Positions 7,962 through 19,244 of a stretch of DNA of 64,000 nucleotides are shown in pieces (position 1 is the stretch's first letter; each line of letters starts with the position of its first letter). Location of the stretch: NCBI GenBank assembly GCA_025062045.1, contig JANXAF010000008.1, positions 13,975 to 77,974 on the forward strand, written 5' to 3'. The position numbers and the translations under genes are program-made. The notes beneath the pieces are model-generated. The model was not told the origin of the DNA. It ran no database searches and worked only from the letters and a program-made list of their open reading frames with translations. The DNA is from Thermodesulfobacteriota bacterium (GTDB taxonomy: Bacteria; Desulfobacterota; Syntrophorhabdia; Syntrophorhabdales; JANXAF01).

Positions 7962-9383
7962 GAGCATCATCGACTGGCGAACGAGTTCTCGGTAGATAAA
8001 AGCCATTGAGATATCCGTAAGTAGAGGATCAGAAAAGCCTTTAAGGCTCAGCAAGTATTTGAGTTTTTCAAAAGCTAACTGATAAGAAACTTCGTACGGG
8101 GTTAAGTTCTCTACGAGGTAAGTCTGGTATGTCTGCGCCTTTCTCGATAGGAATGTTGAGACAAAAGCTGTCCCAAAACTTCCACCTATATTCCTTATGA
8201 AACTGATTACGGATGTGGCCATCCCCATTTCCTCTTTTTTTACGTCGCTGATTGAAGCAATAGTTAAAGGGATAAAGACGAGGCCCATTCCGAAGCCCAA
8301 TACCACTCTTGGTATCACCAAAGTAACGAAATCTGTATAGAGGTTAAATTTAGACATTTGATAACAGGCAAACGCATTGGTAAGAAGTCCGGCTATCGCA
8401 ATCAAAAGTGGATTGACTCTATTTACGGCTTTTCCCGCAACCCAAAGAGCAACGATCGACATAACACCTCCCGGACCCAAAACGAGTCCTGTAAGGTACG
8501 CAGTGTATCCTAAAAGTTCCTGTAGATATAAAGGTAGTAGAATTATCGTTCCGAAAAGGCAAAAAAAGGTGAAAAAGAGGGCGCCGTTGCCTAAAGAAAA
8601 GCTTCTGTATGTAAAGAGTCGAAGATCAATTACAGGACTTTTGGATTTCAACTCCCAAACTATGAAAGACGAAAGACAAATAGTGGCAACGATCGTAAGA
8701 ACTTGGATTAACCTTGAAGAGAACCAGTCTTTTAGTTGTCCCTGATCCAAAACGATCTGTAAAGCTCCAACCCCACATGAGACTAAGGCTAGGCCTATGT
8801 AATCGATCTTTACCGGAGTCTTTTTTGCCCAGGGTGGATCTTTTATAAAAAGGATGGTCATTAGAATCGATAGTAAACCGATTGGAATGTTGATAAAGAA
8901 GATCCAGTGCCAGGACCAGTTGTCTGTTATATAGCCACCCAGTATCGGACCAATTATAGGTCCGAGTATGACGCCTGTCCCGAAAACTGCCATGGCCGTG
9001 CCTTGTTCTTTTTTAGGGAACGTTTCAAGAAGAATCGCCTGAGAAATAGGCTGCAAACCACCCCCACCAATGCCCTGGAGTATACGAAACAGTACTATTG
9101 AAGGGATGCTCCATGCGATCCCACAGAGAAAGGAACTTAGAGTAAAAAGCGATAGAGAGATAATAAGGTAGTTTTTTCTTCCAAATATTCTGCTTAGCCA
9201 CCCTGTGATAGTCACTATTACCGCGTTCGATACCATGTACATTGTGAGTATCCACGTCGACTCTTCGAAAGCTCCTCCCAAACTACCCCTTATGTGGCCG
9301 AGGGCCACGTTAACTATCGTCATGTCGATTACCTCTACGAGGGTCGGAAGCATAACGGTGAAGGTGACTATCCACTTGTTCAT
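7854..9383 (-). CDS. MFS transporter, DHA2 (EmrB/QacA-like, 14-TM) drug efflux permease
   Basis: 509 aa and very hydrophobic. MFS motif A-like GxLSRIFGRK. Sits in an operon with HlyD- and TolC-family genes. Confidence 0.85.
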   Translation of the reverse strand: MNKWIVTFTVMLPTLVEVIDMTIVNVALGHIRGSLGGAFEESTWILTMYMVSNAVIVTITGWLSRIFGRKNYLIISLSLFTLSSFLCGIAWSIPSIVLFRILQGIGGGGLQPISQAILLETFPKKEQGTAMAVFGTGVILGPIIGPILGGYITDNWSWHWIFFINIPIGLLSILMTILFIKDPPWAKKTPVKIDYIGLALVSCGVGALQIVLDQGQLKDWFSSRLIQVLTIVATICLSSFIVWELKSKSPVIDLRLFTYRSFSLGNGALFFTFFCLFGTIILLPLYLQELLGYTAYLTGLVLGPGGVMSIVALWVAGKAVNRVNPLLIAIAGLLTNAFACYQMSKFNLYTDFVTLVIPRVVLGFGMGLVFIPLTIASISDVKKEEMGMATSVISFIRNIGGSFGTAFVSTFLSRKAQTYQTYLVENLTPYEVSYQLAFEKLKYLLSLKGFSDPLLTDISMAFIYRELVRQSMMLSINTVFLTLGSFFIIGVALIVIMGKTGQPKDSHLI

Positions 9384-9401
9384 AGGGGACTTAAAGATTC
9401 C

Positions 9402-10460
9402 CTATTTGACTATTATTGTTGGAACACACGACATTCCAATGCGCAAAAGCGCCTTCTTTTTTGGATCCTCATCAAAGACTATCTTCACAGGAATCCTTTG
9501 CACAACCTTTACCCAGTTTCCTGTAGCATTCTCAGGTGGAAATAAAGAAAAGGAGGCCCCTGTGCCGGCCATTATCGAATCTACCTTTCCCTCAAAGACG
9601 ATCCCCGGATAGGAATCTACCTTTATCTTTACTTTCTGTCCCGGTTTTATCTTCTCTATCTGCGTCTCCTTATAGTTCGCAACTACCCAGAGATCGTCAA
9701 GGGATACAAGGGCCATAAGCGGTTGTCCTGGCTGAATCTGATTGCCTTTCTCGACCGACTTTTTGGTCACATATCCATCGGCTGGAGCAACTATTTTCGC
9801 ATAGCTTTTTTTAAGTTTAGCCTCTCCGAGTGTAGCTTCCCTAAGCAGGATTGCTGCTTTTTGAGTTTTTACCGTATTGTTTAGCTGCTCTATTTGAAGG
9901 AGCAGAGTCTCCCTTTGAGCCTCAAGCTGTTTTATCCTTTCTTTTATTGCCTTTAGGGTCGTTCGACTTACGTTGTAGGATGTAAGGGCCTTCTCATACC
10001 TTTCCTTAGGGATCGCCTCCTTTTTGAAAAGATTTTCAGCTCTTTCATAATCGATTCTTGCCTGCTCCATAAGGTAGGTCTGAACCTCCATCTGGGCTTT
10101 TTCGGCCTCAATTGCAGCATCAATCTCAGAAAGCTTTTGTTTAAGGATCAAAACGTTACTTTCGATTTCTGTAAGGCGTCTCTTTTCGATCTCATAGGCG
10201 GCCTCTGCCTCTTTGACCTTATAGTCGTAGTCTTTCTCATCTATCTCCAAAAGTACATCCCCTTTCTTTACGAGTCTATTATCTTCAACGTAAACGGCCT
10301 TCACCGTTCCAGGAACCTTTGACGAAATAATATGGATCCTTCCTTCCACGTACGCATTATCGGTAGTTATGTGGGTCTTTCGATAATGAAGGTAGTATAA
10401 GACAGAAATCACAAGCACAAAGAGCGCACCAATGAGAATGCTTACGCGGACTTTACTCAT
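9402..10460 (-). CDS. HlyD/EmrA-family membrane-fusion (periplasmic adaptor) protein
   Basis: 352 aa with an N-terminal TM helix, a long coiled-coil (EAE.../LEAQ...) and beta-barrel/lipoyl-like flanks. 4-nt overlap with the TolC-like gene. Confidence 0.85.
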   Translation of the reverse strand: MSKVRVSILIGALFVLVISVLYYLHYRKTHITTDNAYVEGRIHIISSKVPGTVKAVYVEDNRLVKKGDVLLEIDEKDYDYKVKEAEAAYEIEKRRLTEIESNVLILKQKLSEIDAAIEAEKAQMEVQTYLMEQARIDYERAENLFKKEAIPKERYEKALTSYNVSRTTLKAIKERIKQLEAQRETLLLQIEQLNNTVKTQKAAILLREATLGEAKLKKSYAKIVAPADGYVTKKSVEKGNQIQPGQPLMALVSLDDLWVVANYKETQIEKIKPGQKVKIKVDSYPGIVFEGKVDSIMAGTGASFSLFPPENATGNWVKVVQRIPVKIVFDEDPKKKALLRIGMSCVPTIIVK

Positions 10461-11791
10461 TTAGAGTACTCCTCCTCAAGGTTTCTTCCTGTTGCGTGTA
10501 AAATTCCGGCTTCTGCCCTTAAAAGATCGTAAATTGCCTTGTAGTAATTCATTTCCGAGCGACCGAGTGCCGCTATTGCATCTAAGACGTCTGTTCCCGT
10601 ACCAACTCCTTCCCTATAGCGTATCTTTGTGATCCTCAGATTCTCCTCTGCTTGTTTAAGAGCGTTTTTTGCCATCTCTAGACGCTCTTTTGCGTTAAAA
10701 AAATCGAGATAGTACCTTTCCAACTCAAGTTTTATATCGTCCTTTAACTTCCTTTCTTCAACGGAAAGCTTCTTTTCCTCAATATCTATACTTTTTAGCT
10801 CAGCAGTGGTTTTTCCGCCGTCATACAAATTTACACTCATTCCAAAAGACACGGATGTTATTCCCTCATGTACCTGATATCTATTCTCAGTGTACGTGTA
10901 TTTTCCTTCCAGATAGAATTTCGGAAGTATTTCAGATTTTTTCGCTCGTCTTATGTAAGAGAGCTGATCCTTTAACTTACTAAGGATTCTGAGCTCTGGT
11001 CTCTCCGAATGGGCCTCTTTCAAATAATCTTCGAAACTCTTAGTAAGAAGAGGTGTCCTTTTCGGTTCTTCAAAAATGAGATCTTCCCAATCTTCTTTTC
11101 CCATCATCTTCTTGAGGATAGAAACCGTGAGTTTTTTTGAATTGTTGGCCGTATTCAGTCTCTGTCTTGCATCTGAGAGTAAAACCTCGGTGTATAAAAC
11201 TTCATTTCTTGTTATAACTCCCTCTTCGTAAAGAGCCTTCGCATCATTTAAGTGGGACTCTAACCTTTCAACTTCCTTTTCAAGGACTGAGATGAGCTTC
11301 TCTTTCTCCTTTAAATCGTAGTAGTGGCATAAGAACTGGAATGCGACACTGTTTTTTACTCGCAAAAGCTCTATTCGTTTTATATCTTCTTCGACTTTTT
11401 TAGAACGATAAAGAGAAAAAGTTCCAAAAAAGTCAAAAACGAGTTGCCTTATCGTTATAGAGTAGGTATGGAAATCCCTCTCGCTTACAGGAACTTCCAC
11501 AACCCTTCCTAAAAAAAAGTTTCTGGCCCTTGGCTCGTGGCTCAAGAAAACCTTTCCGTACGACACTCCAATCTGGGGAAAAAGGTAGGACCTTGCGACC
11601 TTCGATTGAAAAAGGGAGATGGCCTCTTCATATTCCTTTATCTTTATCAGGTTTTCTTCTTGGAGAGCCTTTTTTAGGCCATCCGTTAAGGATAGGACAT
11701 CAAGACTGCTACAAAAAGTTTGTCCTGAAAGACATAGTGAAACTAGTATCACGAACACCACATATCTAGCTACTTTTCCGATACCAGACAA
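10457..11791 (-). CDS. TolC-family outer-membrane efflux protein
   Basis: 444 aa with a signal-peptide-like N-terminus and a two-repeat alpha-helical/coiled-coil architecture. TTG start preceded by GAGGGAG. Confidence 0.8.
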   Translation of the reverse strand: MSGIGKVARYVVFVILVSLCLSGQTFCSSLDVLSLTDGLKKALQEENLIKIKEYEEAISLFQSKVARSYLFPQIGVSYGKVFLSHEPRARNFFLGRVVEVPVSERDFHTYSITIRQLVFDFFGTFSLYRSKKVEEDIKRIELLRVKNSVAFQFLCHYYDLKEKEKLISVLEKEVERLESHLNDAKALYEEGVITRNEVLYTEVLLSDARQRLNTANNSKKLTVSILKKMMGKEDWEDLIFEEPKRTPLLTKSFEDYLKEAHSERPELRILSKLKDQLSYIRRAKKSEILPKFYLEGKYTYTENRYQVHEGITSVSFGMSVNLYDGGKTTAELKSIDIEEKKLSVEERKLKDDIKLELERYYLDFFNAKERLEMAKNALKQAEENLRITKIRYREGVGTGTDVLDAIAALGRSEMNYYKAIYDLLRAEAGILHATGRNLEEEYSK

Positions 11792-11882
11792 ACGTAAGAA
11801 CTCCCTCGGTATATGAGATGGAGTTTACTTTTTATAGGCCGGTCAAAAGCATAGCACAAAGGGATCGAAAAAGTAAAAGGGA

Positions 11883-13352
11883 TTAGAAAGAGTTTGGTCC
11901 ATGAGAGCTTGTGGGAGTCTTTCTATCTATTGCGGACTTCAATATTGTAATAGCGGTATCCAGGGAGTTTTGAAGTGAGAAAGAAAGGGCCTCGTCTTTT
12001 GGATTCTTAGGACCTATCCCAGATCTTTTGAGGTCTTCTATGAGTCCTACCCCCTTGACCATACTATCCAAATCTTGCCACAACACCAAACATTCCCACA
12101 TGATTTCCCTTACGGCTCTTAGGATCTCTTTTCGCCTACTTGTGCCGTAATTTAGACGTGGAAGTTCCATGTCTACCAGTTCTGGCTTTGGTATTTCTCT
12201 TCTTTTTGCGTAGCTTGCCGCTGAAATTCCGGCTATTTTTCCAAAAACTATCGCTTCTGTGAGCGCATTTCCACCAAGCCGATTCATTCCGTGCAAGCCA
12301 CAGGTTACTTCCCCTGCCGCAAAAAGACCGGGTTTTTCCGTCTCGCACCTTTCATTTATTGGAATCCCTCCTATCGTGAAATGGGCACAAGGTGTTATTC
12401 TTAGTAGTCGACTGCTTGCGCCGTACCTATCCCGGATGAAGGAAAGAGCCTCTTTTTCCGTTTCTGAAAGGACACTTTCGTCTATCTTTCGCAAATCAAC
12501 ATAAACCTTATGGCCCTTTCTTATCTCGTTAAATATAGCCTCTGAAAACTTATCCCTGGCCCTAATAGCCAAAGGTCGTAGACTAGAAAGTCGATACTTC
12601 TCAACTATATCTTCATTTTTTTCGTTTACTACGCGGGATAGCTCTAGTATGTAAGGTGGACATATGATCCTCGGAAGCCTCTCTTCCCGTATTTGGGCGG
12701 GGTAAAACTGGATGAGATCCATGTCTTTTAATTTAACACCCACCCTTTGAGCAAGGGCATATCCGTCACCCAAATTCCCTGATGGGTTGTCATGAAACTT
12801 AAACAGGGCAGAGGCGCCTCCTGTGGCCATGATAACAGCCTTTGAGAAGCAGGCGACTCTTTTTCCGGAAGATAGGACGAAAATGGCACCACAAATACTA
12901 TCCCCATGATCAAGCAATTTCACTGAAACTGCATATTCTAGCTTTTTAGCACCCCAAGAAAGAGTAGCTTTGAGAACCTTATCGATCACACTTCTGCCGA
13001 CAGTTGGAAACCTTCCTTTAGCCATGACCTGATACTTTCCAACTTCGAAATTCACACCATAAGCTTTCAACTCTTCTATCGCTTTGGGAGCCTCCTCCGC
13101 CAAAATCTTAACGAGTACAGGATCATTTTTGTAGCGGCCGGTATTAAGTGTCTTTTCGATATGTTCTTCTACTGTCATTCCATAATTCGATGTGGCAAAA
13201 GCACCAAGACTTAAAGATGAGGACGTACCTAATCCGATCTTGGCCTTAGAAGCAATGGTGGTCGATACACCTTCTTTCGCAGCGGATAGGCAGGCCATAA
13301 GCCCAGAAAGCCCCCCTCCTACTATCAAAACGTCCGTCTTTATGAGATCCAT
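11883..13352 (-). CDS. FAD-dependent oxidoreductase, SdhA/FrdA/NadB superfamily (divergent)
   Basis: 489 aa. Contains DVLIVGGGLSGL (dinucleotide fold), ATGGAS...NPxGxxGDG, AHFTIGGI and GLFAAGEV..GLHGxNRLGGNAL. Lacks the usual H-P-T and R-G-E-G signatures (it has FYPAQI). Starts 8 nt after the ABC ATPase stop. Confidence 0.7.
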   Translation of the reverse strand: MDLIKTDVLIVGGGLSGLMACLSAAKEGVSTTIASKAKIGLGTSSSLSLGAFATSNYGMTVEEHIEKTLNTGRYKNDPVLVKILAEEAPKAIEELKAYGVNFEVGKYQVMAKGRFPTVGRSVIDKVLKATLSWGAKKLEYAVSVKLLDHGDSICGAIFVLSSGKRVACFSKAVIMATGGASALFKFHDNPSGNLGDGYALAQRVGVKLKDMDLIQFYPAQIREERLPRIICPPYILELSRVVNEKNEDIVEKYRLSSLRPLAIRARDKFSEAIFNEIRKGHKVYVDLRKIDESVLSETEKEALSFIRDRYGASSRLLRITPCAHFTIGGIPINERCETEKPGLFAAGEVTCGLHGMNRLGGNALTEAIVFGKIAGISAASYAKRREIPKPELVDMELPRLNYGTSRRKEILRAVREIMWECLVLWQDLDSMVKGVGLIEDLKRSGIGPKNPKDEALSFSLQNSLDTAITILKSAIDRKTPTSSHGPNSF

Positions 13353-13360
13353 TGCGAAGA

Positions 13361-14074
13361 CTATATAAGAAGGTACCTCTTCTTTATCTCCTCGTTTTTT
13401 TCTAATTCCGTCTTTGTTCCTTCGAACTTTATAACCCCGTTGTCTATCACATAAACCCTGTCTACGAGCTTTAATGCTGAACGGATATTCTGCTCGGCAA
13501 GAAGAATACTGATTCCTGCCTTTTTTAGATTCAGTATCTGTTCTTCTAGTGCCTTTACAACAAGTGGGGCCAAGCCTTCTGTGGGTTCATCTAGAAGTAA
13601 GAGTTCAGGACTTCCCATCAAGGCCCTTGCGATTGTGAGCATCTGCTGTTCTCCGCCCGAAAGATTTCCGGCCCTTCTGTCCCTAATCGATTTTAAAGCT
13701 GGAAATAGTTCATAGACTGTCTCCTTCGTCCATTCGTTCGACCTTTTGTAGACGATTTCAAGATTGTCCTCCACCGTAAGATCCGCAAATACTCTTCTGT
13801 CATCCGGAACGTAACCGATACCTTTTCTAAAAAGCACATACGGCGGTTTTCCAACTATGGATTCTCCTTTAAAGATGATGTCTCCACTTTTTGGCGGATT
13901 TATCCCAATTATGCTTTTCATGGTTGTGCTTTTACCAGCACCGTTCCTCCCTAAAAGCCCAACAATTTCACCCTTAAAGACTTTAAGCGAAACATCAAAG
14001 AGTATATGGCTTAGGCCATAGAAAGTATTTATACTTCTAACTTCCAGAAGACACAGATCATTCATAACTCGCAC
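13361..14074 (-). CDS. Branched-chain-amino-acid-type ABC transporter ATP-binding protein (LivF-like)
   Basis: 237 aa with Walker A GRNGAGKST, signature LSGGEQQ and Walker B LLLLDEP. Confidence 0.9.
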   Translation of the reverse strand: MRVMNDLCLLEVRSINTFYGLSHILFDVSLKVFKGEIVGLLGRNGAGKSTTMKSIIGINPPKSGDIIFKGESIVGKPPYVLFRKGIGYVPDDRRVFADLTVEDNLEIVYKRSNEWTKETVYELFPALKSIRDRRAGNLSGGEQQMLTIARALMGSPELLLLDEPTEGLAPLVVKALEEQILNLKKAGISILLAEQNIRSALKLVDRVYVIDNGVIKFEGTKTELEKNEEIKKRYLLI

Positions 14075-14798
14075 CTAAGTAGGCCTCTTGAACTAGTGGA
14101 TTCGAACTTATCTCATCCCGCGTGCCTTCAGCTATAATCTCCCCTCTTACCATAACGATTATTCTATCTGCGGACCCAAATACAACTTCCATGTCGTGTT
14201 CGCAAAAGAGTATGGTGAGATTCATTTCCAGTTTAAGCCTTTGTATAAGTTCAAGGCATCTTAAAGTTTCTTCAGGAGACATTCCAGCTGTCGGTTCGTC
14301 GAGAATCATAAATTCCGGCTTTCGTCCCAGGGCAATTGCTATCTCAAGAACCTTCTGATCACCATGAGATAAAAAACCAGAAACAACGTCTTTTTTGTCC
14401 TTGAGTCCTACCTGTTCTAAAATCTCTTCCGTCTCCTCTACGTACATTTTAGACGCCCTGCGAAAAAGGTCCCAGGTCTTCTTTTCCCTTGAAAGCACAG
14501 ATAGCTGCACGTTTTCGAATACGGTCAGTCTCTGAAATACGTTAACTATCTGGAAGGACCTCGATATACCCTTTCTTGATATCCTGTGTGGGCTTAAACC
14601 CGTTATATCTTCTTTTTTGTAATAAATTTTTCCCGAGTCGGGTTTTAGTATGCCAGTAATTAGGTTAAAAAGTGTCGTTTTTCCCGCACCGTTTGGACCA
14701 ATAACAGCAACAATTTCACCCTTTTTCACATCCATGTCGACACGGCTCACCGCCAAAAATCCGTCAAAGGACTTTGATACTCCCTTTACCTCAAGCAT
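14058..14798 (-). CDS. Branched-chain-amino-acid-type ABC transporter ATP-binding protein (LivG-like)
   Basis: 246 aa with GPNGAGKTT, LSHGDQK and ILDEPTAG. Confidence 0.9.
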   Translation of the reverse strand: MLEVKGVSKSFDGFLAVSRVDMDVKKGEIVAVIGPNGAGKTTLFNLITGILKPDSGKIYYKKEDITGLSPHRISRKGISRSFQIVNVFQRLTVFENVQLSVLSREKKTWDLFRRASKMYVEETEEILEQVGLKDKKDVVSGFLSHGDQKVLEIAIALGRKPEFMILDEPTAGMSPEETLRCLELIQRLKLEMNLTILFCEHDMEVVFGSADRIIVMVRGEIIAEGTRDEISSNPLVQEAYLGASYE

Positions 14799-15714
14799 GA
14801 TTCTTTACACCTTTTAGTCTCTCCTCAATAAACCCCAAGATCCCATTCGGTAGAAAGAATATGACAAGCGCCATCGTGACACCTAGGACCAAAGCCCAGT
14901 AATCGGTATAGGCACTGACTATAGTCCTCAAAAATAATACCAAAGCCGCACCAAGCATAGGACCTAAAAAACTGAACCAGCCTCCTATAAGGCACATGAT
15001 CACTGCTTCTAGGGAGAGTGTCCAGAACATTATCTCGGGAAAGACATTCGTGTTGACAACAACAAACAACATTCCCGCAACTCCAGCGAAAAAACCGGCG
15101 ATCGTTAAAGCAGTAAGCTGATGAGCTTTTATGTTTACCCCAACCATTTCGCACCTTGTAGGGTTGTCCCTTATGCCTTGTAGCGCTTTTCCGAACGGTG
15201 AAACAACAATCATGTACATAACGGCCATAGATAGAGCAGTTATTATAAGTGTAAAATAGAAGGCACCATTCGTGGACGAGAGTATTTCCGGAACCGGTAT
15301 TCCCTGAATTCCATCATCTCCTCCCGTAAAAGAGTACCATCTGTAAACCACTGCCCACACAAGTGAACCAAGGGAAATCTGTAACATACCGAAGTAAAGC
15401 TTCGAAAGTCGCACACAGATAAGCCCCATCCCCAAGCTCAGTAAAGTCGCTGCAATTGGTCCTGCCACAAAAGCAAAAAAAGCGGATAAGGACGTTTTTT
15501 TAAGGATGAGGGCTGTGGCATACGCGCCTACCCCATAAAAAACACAGTGGTGGAACTGAAAGATCCCCCCATATCCAAGAACGAGGTTTAGACTCGTTGC
15601 CAATAAACCGTGGATAAGGATGAGAGATGTAAGGTAAACGTAAAATCTCGGAAGGAAAAGAGGAAGCAGTAAAAGAACGATAAAAGAGATTGCTACGAGC
15701 TTTTTTACGTTCAT
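14791..15714 (-). CDS. Branched-chain-amino-acid-type ABC transporter permease (LivM-like)
   Basis: 307-aa polytopic membrane protein, positioned between the LivH-like and LivG-like genes with overlapping junctions. Confidence 0.85.
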   Translation of the reverse strand: MNVKKLVAISFIVLLLLPLFLPRFYVYLTSLILIHGLLATSLNLVLGYGGIFQFHHCVFYGVGAYATALILKKTSLSAFFAFVAGPIAATLLSLGMGLICVRLSKLYFGMLQISLGSLVWAVVYRWYSFTGGDDGIQGIPVPEILSSTNGAFYFTLIITALSMAVMYMIVVSPFGKALQGIRDNPTRCEMVGVNIKAHQLTALTIAGFFAGVAGMLFVVVNTNVFPEIMFWTLSLEAVIMCLIGGWFSFLGPMLGAALVLFLRTIVSAYTDYWALVLGVTMALVIFFLPNGILGFIEERLKGVKNHA

Positions 15715-15719
15715 CTCCC

Positions 15720-16598
15720 TTACCAGGTGGATTTGAGAAGACCTTTTGGTTTAAAAAGGAGTACAAGTACAACAGCTGCGTAGGGAAGAACGATTCCGAA
15801 TTTTGGCCATATAAGAATTCCTAAGGACTGAGTAAGACCGAATATCAATGCGCCAAGTAGAGCTCCCCAGATATTGCCGAGACCACCTATTATTACTATC
15901 AGAAAGGACTCCATTATAAGGCTATGATCCATCCCCAGTGTAACACTTATTGTCGGTGCAACAAGCGCTCCTCCTAATCCGGCAAGGAAGCATCCGACAA
16001 CAAAAGTCAAACCAAATACCCAGCTCACATTTATCCCACATGCCCCTACCATTTCCCTATCTACTGCAGAGGCTCTCGCTATCTTACCCATCTTCGTTTT
16101 ATTTACAAAAAGCCATAAAAGAACTGCCACCACGGGACCTACAAGAAGTAGAAAAGCATTATAGAGAGGCAAATTTAGATTTTTAAAGAGGGTCACATAT
16201 CCTTGTAGGACTTTGGGGATAGGAACTGTCTTATATTCACCACCCCAAACCATTTTGACGAGATCACCGAAGATCAATGAGATCCCAAAGGTCAAAAGGA
16301 GTAACATCAGATGTTCCCTTTCGTATAAAAACTGGAAGAGCGACCTTTCGGCGATAAAGCTAATAAGCGCCACAAAAAGCGGGGCACCAAATATCGCCAG
16401 CCAGAATCCGCTATCTCCTCCTAAGTATCTACAGATGGAGTAGGCTGCGTAGGCGCCTATCATGTATAAAGATCCGTGCGCAACGTTAGGTATCCTTAAG
16501 ACCCCCAAAATGAGGCTAAGCCCTGAAGAGACTATAAAAAGGATGACAGTTCTACTTAGGCCAACGAGGATCTGGGACAAAATAGCGTAGATATCCAA
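15720..16598 (-). CDS. Branched-chain-amino-acid-type ABC transporter permease (LivH-like)
   Basis: 292-aa polytopic membrane protein of the LivH family type (AHGSLYMIGAY). Confidence 0.85.
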   Translation of the reverse strand: MDIYAILSQILVGLSRTVILFIVSSGLSLILGVLRIPNVAHGSLYMIGAYAAYSICRYLGGDSGFWLAIFGAPLFVALISFIAERSLFQFLYEREHLMLLLLTFGISLIFGDLVKMVWGGEYKTVPIPKVLQGYVTLFKNLNLPLYNAFLLLVGPVVAVLLWLFVNKTKMGKIARASAVDREMVGACGINVSWVFGLTFVVGCFLAGLGGALVAPTISVTLGMDHSLIMESFLIVIIGGLGNIWGALLGALIFGLTQSLGILIWPKFGIVLPYAAVVLVLLFKPKGLLKSTW

Positions 16599-16608
16599 AG
16601 CCCTTCCG

Positions 16609-17823
16609 TTACTTCCTCCTCAATCTCAGGATCTCTTCACAGCTTGGCATGTAATCTTTACTTGGTATCGTCTGTATGTCCGTTGCTATTAAGAACTCCC
16701 ATCCACCGACCTTTTTTGTCCTTCCGAAATACATCGGAAGGGCCAGCTGGTGGTCACATTTTCTGAGTTCCAATTTGCCTACCGGACTGTCGATTACCAT
16801 GCCCTCTACAGCGTCAATGAACTTCTCTATATCGAAACTTTTTGCCTTTTTGAACCCTTCCGCAATGAGCTTTGCGGTCACATAACCGTAAAGTGCACCG
16901 ATCTTAGGATACCGGTTGTAAGCCTTTCTGAACTGATCGACAAATGCCCTGTTTTCTTTTGTATCTGGATAGTAAAAAAAGTAGTTACACGTTCCGTAAA
17001 CCCCTTCCGGAGCGTCAAGGCCCTGGGGCATAAGAACGGAATGCTCAATTGCTGTATGCTGATAGAATGGAATCTTTTCAGCAAGACCCGTCGCCTTTGC
17101 AGCCCTCTGGAAATTGACCATTGCGGCACCACCAGTAGCAACGATTATAAAGTCGGGTTTCGCGGCAAGGATCTGCGTGATATAAGGCGTAAAGTCAGCC
17201 TCTCCCACTTTCCACCAAGTCTCTCCAATCTTTGTGACCTTCGGATTCAGTTTTGTTAGATGCCTCCAAACTGCATTAGCAATAGAGTGGCCGTATTCGT
17301 AATCATCTCCAGCAATCCAGTACTTAGTATATGGCATCTTCGAAAGCGCAAATGCAGCGGCTCTTCCTGCCATCTCAGTATTTTCGCTTATGCCGAAGAC
17401 GTATCTGTGCCCCTGTTCTCCGGTGATCTTTTCACTTTTGGCAAATGTGACAAAGAACGGGACTTTTTCTTTTTTTGCCAAGTCCGAGATCGCAAGGGCT
17501 GTGGCGCTATTTATGGTGCCCATAAGGATGTCAACCTTTTCTTTCATTAGAAGCTCTTTCGCCATCGCCAGTCCCACATCAGGTTTGAACTTCTCATCCC
17601 TAGTCGTATATTCTATAGTTCTTCCCATAACCCCACCTGCCTTATTTATCTCCCGGACCGCAAGGTCGAATCCATCCCTCACGTCAAAGGTAAAAGTTGT
17701 TGGTGGCCCTGTGTATGTATCGACTATACCGACTTTTATAGTTTTCTGGCTCAGAGATTGGGATGGTAAAAGAGTTAGAATGCCAAACGCAAACACAAAA
17801 AACAAAACTACTTTCTTTTTCAT
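16609..17823 (-). CDS. ABC transporter periplasmic substrate-binding protein (Leu/Ile/Val-binding protein family fold; ligand unknown)
   Basis: 404 aa with a signal peptide (MKKKVVLFFVFAFGILTLLPSQS). Type-I periplasmic binding protein pattern. First gene of the transporter operon, with AGAGGGGG SD. Confidence 0.8.
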   Translation of the reverse strand: MKKKVVLFFVFAFGILTLLPSQSLSQKTIKVGIVDTYTGPPTTFTFDVRDGFDLAVREINKAGGVMGRTIEYTTRDEKFKPDVGLAMAKELLMKEKVDILMGTINSATALAISDLAKKEKVPFFVTFAKSEKITGEQGHRYVFGISENTEMAGRAAAFALSKMPYTKYWIAGDDYEYGHSIANAVWRHLTKLNPKVTKIGETWWKVGEADFTPYITQILAAKPDFIIVATGGAAMVNFQRAAKATGLAEKIPFYQHTAIEHSVLMPQGLDAPEGVYGTCNYFFYYPDTKENRAFVDQFRKAYNRYPKIGALYGYVTAKLIAEGFKKAKSFDIEKFIDAVEGMVIDSPVGKLELRKCDHQLALPMYFGRTKKVGGWEFLIATDIQTIPSKDYMPSCEEILRLRRK

Positions 17824-17848
17824 GCTAACCCCCTCTTGGTTTTAAAAT

Positions 17849-17878
17849 TTGATATCAGAGAAGCTTTTTTCATGTCAA
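17849..17878 (-). promoter_or_regulatory. Putative promoter of the ABC-transporter operon (leadered)
   Basis: Minus strand: TTGACA (17878..17873), 18 nt, TATCAA (17854..17849). This gives a ~25-nt leader with a strong SD before the ATG at 17823. Confidence 0.35.
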
Positions 17879-17910
17879 CGACTGTACTTAAGACCAAAAA
17901 CCTCATCCCA

Positions 17911-19200
<1,290 letters not shown>

Positions 19201-19205
19201 CTACT

Positions 19206-19235
19206 ATTCTACACAGACATTATGCGAAAAGGCAA
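19206..19235 (-). promoter_or_regulatory. Possible purA promoter close to the start codon
   Basis: Minus strand: TTGCCT (19235..19230), 18 nt, TAGAAT (19211..19206), 8 nt, ATG at 19197. purA could equally be read through from the upstream gene, which ends 47 nt away. Confidence 0.3.
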
Positions 19236-19244
19236 CTTTAAAGG

